Of a DNA stretch of 57,552 nt, positions 1-8,569 are shown piece after piece. The notes below the pieces were generated by a model. It did no database searches, was not told the origin of the DNA, and worked only from the letters and a program-made list of their open reading frames with translations. Source of the stretch: a virus (lineage: Duplodnaviria > Caudoviricetes); IMG/VR virus record IMGVR_UViG_3300023174_000194, positions 1 through 57,552 of that record. One strand, written 5' to 3'. The position numbers were made by a program, and so were the translations under genes. Each line of letters begins with the position of its first letter. Positions within the stretch are counted from its first letter, which is position 1.

Positions 1-541
1 TCGTAGGAGTTGTTGTCATTAAAGGAGTTGCTGTGGCTATAACTGTGGCTGTTGCTGATTCAATTACAGGGACTGCTGCAGTAATTACTGCCTGTGCTGC
101 AACTACTTCTGGTGTTTGTGTTGTAGCACTTACTGGAATTGCTGCTACTGCCTGAGTAACGCCAGTGACTGTTTGAGTAACTGTCTGGGTGACTGCTGTT
201 GCTGTTTCTACTGCTGGGGAAACATTGGATACCTCTGCTACTGCAGATACTGCTGTGGCCACTGCTGTATTGGCTGCTGAGACTGCTGTATTAGATGCAT
301 TGACTGCTTGAACTGCTGTTGCTATCGTGGCTGTTGCAGTATCTGATGCTGAAATGGCTTGAGCAACTTCAGTTGTGGCTGTTGCTAAGGCTGTATTTAC
401 TGCTTGCTGTGCAGGGCTTACGACTACCTGCTCTGCTGGTGCTGGGACTTCGTCAGCATGTGCGTGATCTGCTGGAGAGAATAGCATCCATAAAGTTAAA
501 AGCAAACCTGCTAATCCAGATTTGATTAGAAGTGATTTTAT
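1..541 (-). CDS. Secreted Ala/Thr/Val-rich protein, N-terminal part (runs off the window; not in the ORF track)
   Basis: Open frame with no stop to position 1: IKSLLIKSGLAGLLLTLWMLFSPADHAHA|DEVPAPAEQVVVSPAQQAVNTALATATTEVAQA. It has a basic N-region, a hydrophobic core and an AHA signal-peptidase site. The start is either ATA at 541 (after AAGGGGGAAAGG) or TTG at 562. Confidence 0.75.
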   Translation of the reverse strand, partial: MKSLLIKSGLAGLLLTLWMLFSPADHAHADEVPAPAEQVVVSPAQQAVNTALATATTEVAQAISASDTATATIATAVQAVNASNTAVSAANTAVATAVSAVAEVSNVSPAVETATAVTQTVTQTVTGVTQAVAAIPVSATTQTPEVVAAQAVITAAVPVIESATATVIATATPLMTTTPT

Positions 542-580
542 TTTCCTTTCCCCCTTATGCAAACAATGTCTGCTAGGATG

Positions 581-589
581 ATTATACCA
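581..589 (-). promoter_or_regulatory. Extended -10 promoter TGGTATAAT
   Basis: Exact TGnTATAAT lying between a terminator and the next gene start. Confidence 0.65.
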
Positions 590-600
590 TTTTATTAAAC

Positions 601-633
601 AAAAAAGAGGACTAGCACTTGGCTAATCCCCTT
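601..633 (-). terminator. Rho-independent terminator
   Basis: AAGGGGATTAGC-CAAGT-GCTAGTCCTCTT-TTTT, a 12-bp stem with G-U pairs plus a U tract, just after the 649..1686 stop. Confidence 0.8.
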
Positions 634-648
634 AGTTGTTGGTTTAAG

Positions 649-1686
649 TTACTTCTTTAAAGTAACCTTAGCCTTTGGATTCTTTGCGTTCCACTTCTTT
701 GCAAGAGCATTGTACTCTGCGATGTAAGTAGCCTTTGCAAGATCTGCTGCTGCCTTTTCTGATACGGCTTTAGATGTCGCTGTATCTAGTTGTGCCTTAA
801 GTGCTGTAGCATTTGAATCTGCTGCAACCTTATCTAGTGCACGACCTGCTTTTTCTGCAGCAAGTGCTGCATTAGCAACTGCAAGTTCTGCGTTCTTTGC
901 TGCAAGTTCCCCTGCAAGATCACGAACTACTACTGTTGCAACTACAGAACCAACTGGTGCTGAAAGACCAGTCACTGCTGTTGCTACTGTTGCGTATGCT
1001 GTAACTACAACTGAACCTGAAGCAGGAAGTGTTACTGTCTGCTCCTTAGTTCCAAGTGTTGCTACTGCTGTATCTGTTGTAAGTGCTGTTGCAGTTGCTG
1101 CACCATTATTGCTTACCAAAGTGTTAATTGTTGCGCCACCCTTTAGATTTCCAAATACATCGTATCCTGACACCTTAAGTGTTGCAATTGTTGCTGCTGC
1201 GCCAGATGCTGGGGCAGTCAGAGTGATTGAGTTCAAAGCACCTGCGGTACCCTGTACATAATATGTTGTTGAATTTCCACCAACTGTTACAACAACTGTT
1301 CCAACTGCAGTAGTCTTTGTGTAAACGTAGAAGTCTGCTGTTGTTCCTGTTCCTGTATTAATTGTTAGTGATGATGATCCAGATGACGCTGTCACTGGTG
1401 CGGTTGATGTTGCAAGAGCAGGAACAATTGTTGCATTTACTGCAACTGCTGAAACTGCTGTGCCTGTATCTACAGATGAAACAGCAATCTTCAATGCATC
1501 TGCTGCATCGATACTGTTATCTGCTGGAACTGGAAGTGCTACAGGAGTTGTTGCTACTGTTCCACCTGTTGCTGCAGAACCCGCAACCGTTAGGGTTGTC
1601 GTGGCAGCGCTTGCAGATGTTGCTACAAGCATTGTGCTAGTCAGGGCTGCAGCGATGATTAGCGATACTTTCTTGAATGAATTCAT
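649..1686 (-). CDS. Secreted Ig-like / S-layer-like cell-surface protein with C-terminal coiled coil
   Basis: Signal peptide MNSFKKVSLIIAAALTSTMLVATSASA, then a Thr/Ala/Val beta-rich body (Ig-like DVFGN motif), an Ala-rich coiled coil and a basic tail KKWNAKNPKAKVTLKK. Confidence 0.7.
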   Translation of the reverse strand: MNSFKKVSLIIAAALTSTMLVATSASAATTTLTVAGSAATGGTVATTPVALPVPADNSIDAADALKIAVSSVDTGTAVSAVAVNATIVPALATSTAPVTASSGSSSLTINTGTGTTADFYVYTKTTAVGTVVVTVGGNSTTYYVQGTAGALNSITLTAPASGAAATIATLKVSGYDVFGNLKGGATINTLVSNNGAATATALTTDTAVATLGTKEQTVTLPASGSVVVTAYATVATAVTGLSAPVGSVVATVVVRDLAGELAAKNAELAVANAALAAEKAGRALDKVAADSNATALKAQLDTATSKAVSEKAAADLAKATYIAEYNALAKKWNAKNPKAKVTLKK

Positions 1687-1702
1687 TTTATCTCTTTTCT
1701 TG

Positions 1703-3487
1703 TTATAATAGATTAAATCTATCCAGATAATCTTTTACATCATCTGGCATAGGTTTATATTGTATCACACTACTGTTAGCCATGTCAAATTCCGCCTTAG
1801 ATCTGTCTCTAAATGTGTGGATTTCGACCTCAGCATTATTATTTTTAGGAGTGTGTGATATGGCTCCAAAAATAGCGCCACACACAGCATCAGCCAAGTC
1901 TTTTGACTTTTTGCGTGGGTGGTCAACTCTATCATTTTTCATAATCTTTAACTGTGTTAGTTCATCAAACAAGAGTTCAATTGCTGGCATAACAAGTCTT
2001 TCCTCGTAGACAAGCATAGCCATGTCCTCGTAGTGCTTCTTAGCAACAGAAACAGTATCAGTCTTCATTCCAACCTGCTGAAGTTCATTCTGAATATCAA
2101 AGGATTGCCAACGGTCAAACGAAACCATTCCGATATCAAACCCTAGTCTTCTAAGGTTTTGGATCCATTGCTTTACTTCTGAAAGGTTTACTGGGCCTTC
2201 AGTCTTTGGTTCCCACCATGCTACTGCATCTACTACTACAATTGGTGCTACTTGTTCGTAGTTATTAATTACTTGTATGTTTACCCATTTTTCTACATGT
2301 GCAATTGCAACAGCACACTTATCGTGTTTCTGTGCAAGGTCAGCGTGGACATAATACTTTTTGGTTGGATCTGGTTTAAATGACTCATCAAACCTTCTAA
2401 AGTTATCTATTGGATTACGAAGAGTCATACATGCTCTTACCTTTTGTGATTGCTTAAAGAATGCATCCGATGCAAATGTTGGTACACATGCAAAGCGCAT
2501 CATTGCATCCCCAAGGTCTGTCATAAAGGCAATCTTAAAATCATCAATCTCCCTTGTTGGGTTTACTTCCCATGTAGGTTTCTTTAATGCAAATACTCCT
2601 GGATATTTGTATGAGATTATTTTATCTTCATCCCAGGAAATTTGAAACTTATTGCTTGGGTCTGTGTCTGGAAGTAATGGATTAATTATAAACTCATGAG
2701 TCTTTTCAATAACTTCTTTCTCAGCAATTACTGCATCATACTTTTCTGAAATAAAGTCTCCTGGATAACGGGGAAAGGAAAGAAGAACAACCTTACCAAG
2801 ATCAGGGAAACGAGAGTCTACGGAGCCACGAAATGCTTTGTAAATATTGTCAGCAGTCTTTCCTTGTTCGTTTCCAGTTCCAACCTCAGATGCAAAACCA
2901 GAAATCTCATCAAGAACTGCAAGAAGAAGGTTCAAACCCTCATGCGACTCTCTTTCTGAGTGTCCAGAGTAAACAGTGATTGATTTATCAAACTCCACTG
3001 AGTCTGCTTTAGCATTATACTTTCCAGCAAACCATGGGGACTTTTCAATCTTTGTTTTAAATCCTTTAAAGAAAACATTCTTTGCCTGCTGAGCGTTAAT
3101 AGCAACATTGATTAGGTCAATAGCATCTCCAGAGGGCTTACCAAAATATTTTGCTGGGTCTTTTAAGCATAGAAGTTTGTATACGATGTATGAGCATGCT
3201 ACTGTTGATGTAAAGTCTTTTCCAGATCCTTTACCAAGTTGGAGAATGATTTCATTCTTGGTATACTTCTCGTAATACCTTGATCCCTTTTCTTCTCCCA
3301 ACAGATCTATCAGGTCTTCTTTGCGATAGATCTGGCTCATTGCCTCAACAATGTCATACTGGATATCTGATAGTGGTGGCTGACCTAAATAAGATGCTGA
3401 CTCAACAAATGTCTTTGCATCTACTGGAGTTTCCTCAAAGTTATTATTTTTAAGAACCTCTAAAAACTCATTAAACTTCGTGGACAA
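1703..3487 (-). CDS. terL: Terminase large subunit
   Basis: Walker A LGKGSGKD, Walker B AVLDE, coupling motif LSFP, and RNase H-like nuclease acidic residues (HADLA, SFDRWQS, KDLADA). Confidence 0.93.
   Translation of the reverse strand: MSTKFNEFLEVLKNNNFEETPVDAKTFVESASYLGQPPLSDIQYDIVEAMSQIYRKEDLIDLLGEEKGSRYYEKYTKNEIILQLGKGSGKDFTSTVACSYIVYKLLCLKDPAKYFGKPSGDAIDLINVAINAQQAKNVFFKGFKTKIEKSPWFAGKYNAKADSVEFDKSITVYSGHSERESHEGLNLLLAVLDEISGFASEVGTGNEQGKTADNIYKAFRGSVDSRFPDLGKVVLLSFPRYPGDFISEKYDAVIAEKEVIEKTHEFIINPLLPDTDPSNKFQISWDEDKIISYKYPGVFALKKPTWEVNPTREIDDFKIAFMTDLGDAMMRFACVPTFASDAFFKQSQKVRACMTLRNPIDNFRRFDESFKPDPTKKYYVHADLAQKHDKCAVAIAHVEKWVNIQVINNYEQVAPIVVVDAVAWWEPKTEGPVNLSEVKQWIQNLRRLGFDIGMVSFDRWQSFDIQNELQQVGMKTDTVSVAKKHYEDMAMLVYEERLVMPAIELLFDELTQLKIMKNDRVDHPRKKSKDLADAVCGAIFGAISHTPKNNNAEVEIHTFRDRSKAEFDMANSSVIQYKPMPDDVKDYLDRFNLL
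1759..1767 (-). promoter_or_regulatory. Possible extended -10 promoter TGATACAAT for the surface-protein gene
   Basis: Matches the TGnTAnAnT family seen elsewhere in the window and lies about 70 nt upstream of ATG 1686, inside the terL 3' end. Confidence 0.4.
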
Positions 3488-4004
3488 TTGTTATAACCTC
3501 ATCGTCTTTAGATATCTTAGAAAGCCTACGCATAATTTCATCACGAATTTCTGGGTGCTCTGTTGCTATATCTTTAAGTATATGAATAAGAACTTCTTGT
3601 CTATGCTCAATCTCAATCATTTCTTCTGCAAGTTCTTTGTTCTCAAGTAGTCCAGCCTTTTGAAGCATGTCAATTCTTTTAGACTCAATATCCATTACAA
3701 GTTTAATTCCAGCAGTCTTTGCGCTAAGGTTATTGGTCATGGAAGCCTCATCAATAACTTCGTATGTTCTTGAAACCAACTTACTATAGTGTGTATCAGC
3801 AGCAGCAAGGGCTTCTTTAGCACGAGCACGGATAGCATCATTAGCAGATGCCATTACTTTCCACTCGTTAATAAGAGTTACAACCTTTGTTCTTGGAATG
3901 TCAAGTTGCTTTGATATTACTGTTGGATCATTGCCCTTTAAGTATTCTTCTACAACAAGATTAACTTGATCAAGGTGCTTGACTAGATCTTCTTCAGTTG
4001 ACAT
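3471..4004 (-). CDS. Probable terminase small subunit (N-terminal HTH plus helical oligomerisation region)
   Basis: HTH-like PTVISKQLDIPRTKVVTLI, helical body, and overlap with the terL start. Confidence 0.6.
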   Translation of the reverse strand: MSTEEDLVKHLDQVNLVVEEYLKGNDPTVISKQLDIPRTKVVTLINEWKVMASANDAIRARAKEALAAADTHYSKLVSRTYEVIDEASMTNNLSAKTAGIKLVMDIESKRIDMLQKAGLLENKELAEEMIEIEHRQEVLIHILKDIATEHPEIRDEIMRRLSKISKDDEVITIVHEV

Positions 4005-4269
4005 ACTTTCCCTCTAGTCTATTTATTTCATCCTTGATATAGAAAATTGCCTTTTCTAAATCTTGTATTGTTTTTTCCTCATCTTTAAGTCCCGCTCTCC
4101 ACAAATATTTAAATGCATTACCAACATTAAAGTTGCGATGACGAGTAATCTGGATGCACTCAATACCAGATGGATCTGATGTGTAGTGCATTGGATTGTT
4201 TACTTGGTCTACAGTAATTATAAGACTTTCACTATTAAATGGATTTGGTCTACTACCTTTACTCATCAT
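3994..4269 (-). CDS. DUF3310 / T7 gp1.7-like protein
   Basis: Signature DQVNNPMHY..G.IECI..FNVGNAFKYLWRAGLK..DLEKAIFY. Confidence 0.85.
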   Translation of the reverse strand: MMSKGSRPNPFNSESLIITVDQVNNPMHYTSDPSGIECIQITRHRNFNVGNAFKYLWRAGLKDEEKTIQDLEKAIFYIKDEINRLEGKYVN

Positions 4270-4381
4270 CTTCCTCCCAATCGAACGCTTCTGGAATTCC
4301 TCTTAGTGCAGCAAATGCAAATGCAAAACCAACTGTGCCTGCTACGGCAATTGCTACTAATGCTTTTTCAATTTTACTCAT
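4259..4381 (-). CDS. Small single-pass membrane protein, 40 aa (not in the ORF track)
   Basis: MSKIEKALVAIAVAGTVGFAFAFAALRGIPEAFDWEEDDE*. ATGA overlap with the upstream gene stop, and it fills the gap exactly. Confidence 0.7.
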   Translation of the reverse strand: MSKIEKALVAIAVAGTVGFAFAFAALRGIPEAFDWEEDDE

Positions 4382-4533
4382 CGCTTTGATTTCCTTAATC
4401 CAAATTTGGCAAGGTATACGTAGATAGTCTCAACACTGGCTCCGCACTCCTTTGCAATCTCTTCTGGGGTCTTTTTATCCATAAGATATCTCTTACGCAT
4501 AAAGACTTCTGATGTATATAGTTTAGCAGCCAT
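4378..4533 (-). CDS. Small helix-turn-helix DNA-binding protein, 51 aa (not in the ORF track)
   Basis: MAAKLYTSEVFMRKRYLMDKKTPEEIAKECGASVETIYVYLAKFGLRKSKR*, a classic HTH pattern. Confidence 0.8.
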   Translation of the reverse strand: MAAKLYTSEVFMRKRYLMDKKTPEEIAKECGASVETIYVYLAKFGLRKSKR

Positions 4534-4548
4534 GGCGTTATTTGTCAA
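4520..4548 (-). promoter_or_regulatory. Sigma70/SigA-type promoter TTGACA-N17-TAAACT with extended TG
   Basis: TTGACA AATAACGCCATGGCTGC TAAACT; same architecture as 12512..12541. Confidence 0.65.
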
Positions 4549-5131
4549 GCCCAACTGCTTTGTCCCAGTTTTTTATGGCCCAATGGCCAATACCGCAAGC
4601 ATCAGCAACATCGTTATCTGTGATAGTTCTGTCATAAATAGTATTAATAAACTTTATTGTTCTTTCTTTACGAAGGTTTCTTTCGTAGGTCTTATACCAA
4701 GAAGCAGACTTTGCGGGGTATTGATATCTTATGACAACCTGTTCATCTTTAGATATTTTTTTATTTCCTATGTAGTTCTGCCAAGTAATTGGGGATACTT
4801 TGCCTATAGCCCTAGTTCCAGATTGCCCTGCTGCACCAAGTATTGCACCTTGAACCAATGCTAGATCGGCTGCAGTCTTGGGGCTATTCATAAATACTGT
4901 ATGCTCAATAACTATTGCTTCAAAACCACCGTAGTAATCAAAAAATGCTTTTACTTTTTGTCCTGCATCCATAACCTTTTCGTATGTATTATTACCTTCA
5001 AAGTTAATTTTACCAATTACGCCCAGAGATTGTTGTTGGGTATCAAAAATAGAAAAAGCAAGACTATTTGTACTAGCGTCTATGGCGCATATAGTCTTAG
5101 GCATTATTTCTATTCCCCATTTATTCTTCAT
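4538..5131 (-). CDS. RuvC-like Holliday junction resolvase
   Basis: AIDAS, VIEH, VSPITWQ and DNDVADACGI RuvC/RNase H-fold motifs. Confidence 0.8.
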   Translation of the reverse strand: MKNKWGIEIMPKTICAIDASTNSLAFSIFDTQQQSLGVIGKINFEGNNTYEKVMDAGQKVKAFFDYYGGFEAIVIEHTVFMNSPKTAADLALVQGAILGAAGQSGTRAIGKVSPITWQNYIGNKKISKDEQVVIRYQYPAKSASWYKTYERNLRKERTIKFINTIYDRTITDNDVADACGIGHWAIKNWDKAVGLDK

Positions 5132-5405
5132 TGTTTCCTAAACCCTTAATCTTTTTTAATGTTTTTAAAACAATAACTGGATTAACAAAACACTCTACGC
5201 ATAATGGATCATCATTATATATTGATAAACTTTTCTGACAGCCCTTGCATTTTCTTTCTTTGCCAATTCTTTTTTGACGACGAAGCACCAGATATCGCTC
5301 TGCAATTTTTTCTTTAGTTGCTTGCTCTCTGCATTTAACAGAGCAATATATCTGGTAACTAACTTCTGTATTGAATTCGGAATCACACCATTTACAATGC
5401 TTCAT
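5121..5405 (-). CDS. Zinc-finger protein
   Basis: CKWC, CSVKC, CKGC, CVEC. Confidence 0.7.
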   Translation of the reverse strand: MKHCKWCDSEFNTEVSYQIYCSVKCREQATKEKIAERYLVLRRQKRIGKERKCKGCQKSLSIYNDDPLCVECFVNPVIVLKTLKKIKGLGNNEE

Positions 5406-6186
5406 CTTTCAATGGCTCCATAGACTTTAATTTAAACTCCCCCTTGCCAGCATCTGCACATGCTTTTTTAATTGGGCATGACTTGCAAATCTTTGAATTG
5501 GAACGATAATTTTTTTCAGGAAGAGTTCTATCAACCCAAGCCTTTCTAACAGATCTCATCCATTCAAAAGTCTGGTCTACCCATTTACGGTAGTAGTCGT
5601 TTACTTCTACAGGAAGAATAAGTAGTTCATGATTGTTTTTATTTTCATAAATAAGAACTGCTTTGGGCTTCTTAAGAATTTTCATATAGATAAGTAACTG
5701 GACCAAGTGACCAGTCTTTGGTTTCATGTGTGCCTTGCGGTACTCAAAACCTTCATTCATCATTGTTTTAATTTCACCAAGGAGTTCTTCTCCTTGCCAG
5801 TTAACAATAACATCTCCATACCCAAAGATTGGTGGATCACTGTACGTAATCTTAAATTCTGAATCAACAAGGAAGTCTGGAACATTTGCCATAGCCTCTT
5901 GAATTCTCTCGTGAGACTTTGTTCCAGCAGTCATATTAGCAGCGCTGTAAGGTGTTGCATCATCTTCAAACATCTGACCATCAAATGCTAGGTACCAATA
6001 TCTTGGACACTCTCCATGCCCATAGGCAATTGTAGATGGTGCAAAAGTCTTTTTCTGAGTTTGCTTATCTATTCTATTAACAGTATAGCCAGACTGAATT
6101 TTTTCAGTCAAACCAACAGCATCGATTGGATGGTCTGGTAGCACTTCTTGCTTTACCATAATTTGTTGCAATAAACTTTTTGTCAT
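5392..6186 (-). CDS. Cas4-like PD-(D/E)XK exonuclease with Fe-S cysteines
   Basis: N-terminal CPRY, GTKSH, GYGD..EIKT, QLLIY, and C-terminal CKSCPIKKAC. Confidence 0.85.
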   Translation of the reverse strand: MTKSLLQQIMVKQEVLPDHPIDAVGLTEKIQSGYTVNRIDKQTQKKTFAPSTIAYGHGECPRYWYLAFDGQMFEDDATPYSAANMTAGTKSHERIQEAMANVPDFLVDSEFKITYSDPPIFGYGDVIVNWQGEELLGEIKTMMNEGFEYRKAHMKPKTGHLVQLLIYMKILKKPKAVLIYENKNNHELLILPVEVNDYYRKWVDQTFEWMRSVRKAWVDRTLPEKNYRSNSKICKSCPIKKACADAGKGEFKLKSMEPLKDEAL

Positions 6187-6210
6187 ATTTTTCTCGTTTC
6201 TATTAGTATA

Positions 6211-6219
6211 AGTATAGCA
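6211..6219 (-). promoter_or_regulatory. Extended -10 promoter TGCTATACT
   Basis: Intergenic, 25 nt upstream of ATG 6186; the identical 9-mer occurs at 48629..48637. Confidence 0.6.
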
Positions 6220-6221
6220 GA

Positions 6222-6527
6222 TTAGCGAGTTATATACTTGAGTGCAGAAACAAGATTGTTAATAGACTCTGCTGCGGTATAGTAAAGGTTTTTCTTTCCA
6301 CGATCCGACTTGTCAACATTGGCCATCCATGTTGCTTTAAATGCCATCTTTGCTGCGATAGCCTGAAGCCTTACGATCTCAATCGTAGCAACCTGTGTTG
6401 GAATGTCTGGTTTAACAATGATCTTAGCAATAAAGGTTAGTGCCTGAGTTAGTTCCTCATCTTGCATATAGTCTGCTATTTCTGCAAGACCATTAACCAT
6501 ATCGATAGTAGTATTTTCAGTTTGCAT
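6222..6527 (-). CDS. Hypothetical helical protein
   Basis: 101-aa ORF with a TAATG-coupled start. Confidence 0.75.
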   Translation of the reverse strand: MQTENTTIDMVNGLAEIADYMQDEELTQALTFIAKIIVKPDIPTQVATIEIVRLQAIAAKMAFKATWMANVDKSDRGKKNLYYTAAESINNLVSALKYITR

Positions 6528-7111
6528 TATACTGTTTCCGCATCACGATTTATATCTATTTTTTTAGCCCACTCTTCTTGAAGGACAAACATCTTTTCTT
6601 GATGCTCTTTGCTAACAAACCTATTTGGACCATCTTTTCTTTCTGCATGACAAAACATCATGTCTACAACATCAGTGTCTGATAGATCTGCTGGTGCTCT
6701 CCAGTGAATTTGATCTGTTCCAGAAAACACAACGCCCTCATTATTTTTTAATAGAAACTCTTTGCCCTCTACAACAATTGGCCAGTCTATAGTAGAACTA
6801 ATCTGTACATCAAGGGTAAGTTTGTGAACCTCAAATGCATCGTCAAAATGTGGGTATAGTTTTGGCTTATATCCAAATTTTGTTGAGTATCTGGCAAACT
6901 GAAAATCCGTAAGTATCCACTCTTCTCCGTAATGCTTTTGAATAATTTTTTCAAAGTGCACTCTTAGTGATTCATCAAATCCAACAAAATATGCTTTATG
7001 GCCAAGTCTTGTTTGAATAGTAGTCTTTTCTTCTGGTGCAGCGTCTACTTTACTGTAAATGTGCTCTATCTGATCTTCTGTTAAAATGTCTTTTATAATC
7101 ATGTTTTCCAT
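6527..7111 (-). CDS. 2OG-Fe(II) oxygenase superfamily protein
   Basis: ARY..LYPHFD (HxD), DWPIVVEG, and GTDQIHWR (distal His). Start revised to ATG 7111, 6 nt after TATAAT. Confidence 0.75.
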   Translation of the reverse strand: MENMIIKDILTEDQIEHIYSKVDAAPEEKTTIQTRLGHKAYFVGFDESLRVHFEKIIQKHYGEEWILTDFQFARYSTKFGYKPKLYPHFDDAFEVHKLTLDVQISSTIDWPIVVEGKEFLLKNNEGVVFSGTDQIHWRAPADLSDTDVVDMMFCHAERKDGPNRFVSKEHQEKMFVLQEEWAKKIDINRDAETV

Positions 7112-7118
7112 ATTACTA

Positions 7119-7403
7119 TTATACACCCTCCACTAGTTGTTCAAGTATACTCATCTCAATTATTGCAAGTCTTATTTTTGAATTACCCTCGCCCATTACG
7201 ACTACTATTGCTGGATCTTTACTGTTCTTCATTGCATCCGTTGTTGCTTTGGCCCAGACTTCCTTGTTTAGGGTAAATGATTTGCCAACTTCTTTAAAGT
7301 CTACAACAAAATTTTTCCAGGAAGCATCTCCCTTTTGAGTATTACGGCCAGAGTTTTTGTGCTGCTTAGCACCTATCCTCTTACTCTCACTCTTCTCCGT
7401 CAT
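7119..7403 (-). CDS. Hjc-like / PD-(D/E)XK Holliday junction resolvase-type nuclease
   Basis: MTEKSE..NSGR..KGD..VVDFKE..W..PAIVV pattern. Start revised to ATG 7403. Confidence 0.65.
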   Translation of the reverse strand: MTEKSESKRIGAKQHKNSGRNTQKGDASWKNFVVDFKEVGKSFTLNKEVWAKATTDAMKNSKDPAIVVVMGEGNSKIRLAIIEMSILEQLVEGV

Positions 7404-7566
7404 CAAAATCCTTCTTTTTTCTTCGTCCAAGATAAACTGTTGTTAAATGTTTTTCTTTACACATCCAAGTTAATGTCTTTGTTGCAGCATAACATCTTAG
7501 CGTTGGAACAATTACTTTGCAGGTATGACACACCCATTGCCCATGATAAACTGTATACTTATCCAT
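7387..7566 (-). CDS. Small Cys/His zinc-ribbon protein, 59 aa (not in the ORF track)
   Basis: MDKYTVYHGQWVCHTCKVIVPTLRCYAATKTLTWMCKEKHLTTVYLGRRKKKDFDDGEE*. Overlaps both neighbours and fills the gap. Confidence 0.7.
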   Translation of the reverse strand: MDKYTVYHGQWVCHTCKVIVPTLRCYAATKTLTWMCKEKHLTTVYLGRRKKKDFDDGEE

Positions 7567-8569
7567 TTAATTTATTCTTGATAGACTCTTGCAAGTCAAG
7601 ATCCTCTCTTACACGATTAACAAATGCTTCTTTGCCCTGTACCTTTGATCCGTCAGGTAGTATGTACCAAGCGCCTGTGCGCTCTACAATACCATTTAGT
7701 TCAGCAGTAGTAACCAAGTCACCGATGGTATCAAGACCAATATAGTCACCTCTAAAATAAAAATCATACTCACCAGACTGGAACCCTGGAGAGGTTTTGG
7801 AGAACTGGAGTTCCCACTTAATAGTTCTACCAATTTTTTCTTCAATTAGTTTATCTCCTACCTTAATTTTTCCTTTAATCGCTTGATTGTCGGACTCGGA
7901 ACTAAATAACTTAACAATGCAAGAAGAATAAAACTTAGTAGCCTGACCACCAGAAGGCTGCTGGCTAGTATACATAGCATTAATATTATTGCGAGACTGG
8001 GAAATAAGAACAAGAAGAGTAGGCTTAACCTTGTTGTTAGCATAATTAAGCATTTTCCATGCGTTACTAAAGTCACGGGATTCTGCTCCAATCTGTTTAG
8101 TATTTTCTAATGCCTTCAGTTCACTTGTATCTTTTTCAAAATAGATTGCTGGAAGCATTGATGTAATAGAGTCTACCACAATTAGGTCTACGCCAGCGTT
8201 CATTAACCCAACACCGACATCTACCATGTCACTAATAGTTCTTGCTTGTGAGTAGATTAGTTTTTCTGGATCTACCCCCAAAGTTCTAGCCCAATCTTCT
8301 GAGTATGACATTTCTGAGTCAATCCACGCACATAGTTTACCCTCTGCTTGTGCTAGGGCAATCATCTGAAGGCACATAGAGGACTTTGCAGAGGACTTTG
8401 ATCCCCAGATAAGAACTTGTCTGCCATATGGAAGCCCACCACCCAGAGCACGGTTTAAACCAAAACTAGGGGTAGGTTGATACTCGTAGTTGACTCCGAC
8501 TCCACTACCTAATCTCTTCCTCAACTTAGGGTCAAGTTGTGCTAACGCTTCTTCTATACTAACCGACAT
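7559..8569 (-). CDS. recA: RecA/UvsX-like recombinase
   Basis: LNRALGGGLPYGR, Walker A-like GSKSSAKSS, WIDSE, LIVVDS, GGQATKFYSS, GAWY. SD GGAGG lies 6 nt before ATG 8569. Confidence 0.93.
   Translation of the reverse strand: MSVSIEEALAQLDPKLRKRLGSGVGVNYEYQPTPSFGLNRALGGGLPYGRQVLIWGSKSSAKSSMCLQMIALAQAEGKLCAWIDSEMSYSEDWARTLGVDPEKLIYSQARTISDMVDVGVGLMNAGVDLIVVDSITSMLPAIYFEKDTSELKALENTKQIGAESRDFSNAWKMLNYANNKVKPTLLVLISQSRNNINAMYTSQQPSGGQATKFYSSCIVKLFSSESDNQAIKGKIKVGDKLIEEKIGRTIKWELQFSKTSPGFQSGEYDFYFRGDYIGLDTIGDLVTTAELNGIVERTGAWYILPDGSKVQGKEAFVNRVREDLDLQESIKNKLNG

Noticed and set aside
5392-6186. Cas4-like gene as evidence of a CRISPR-Cas system
   Set aside because: Stand-alone Cas4-like nucleases are common in phage replication modules, and no array or other cas genes are present.
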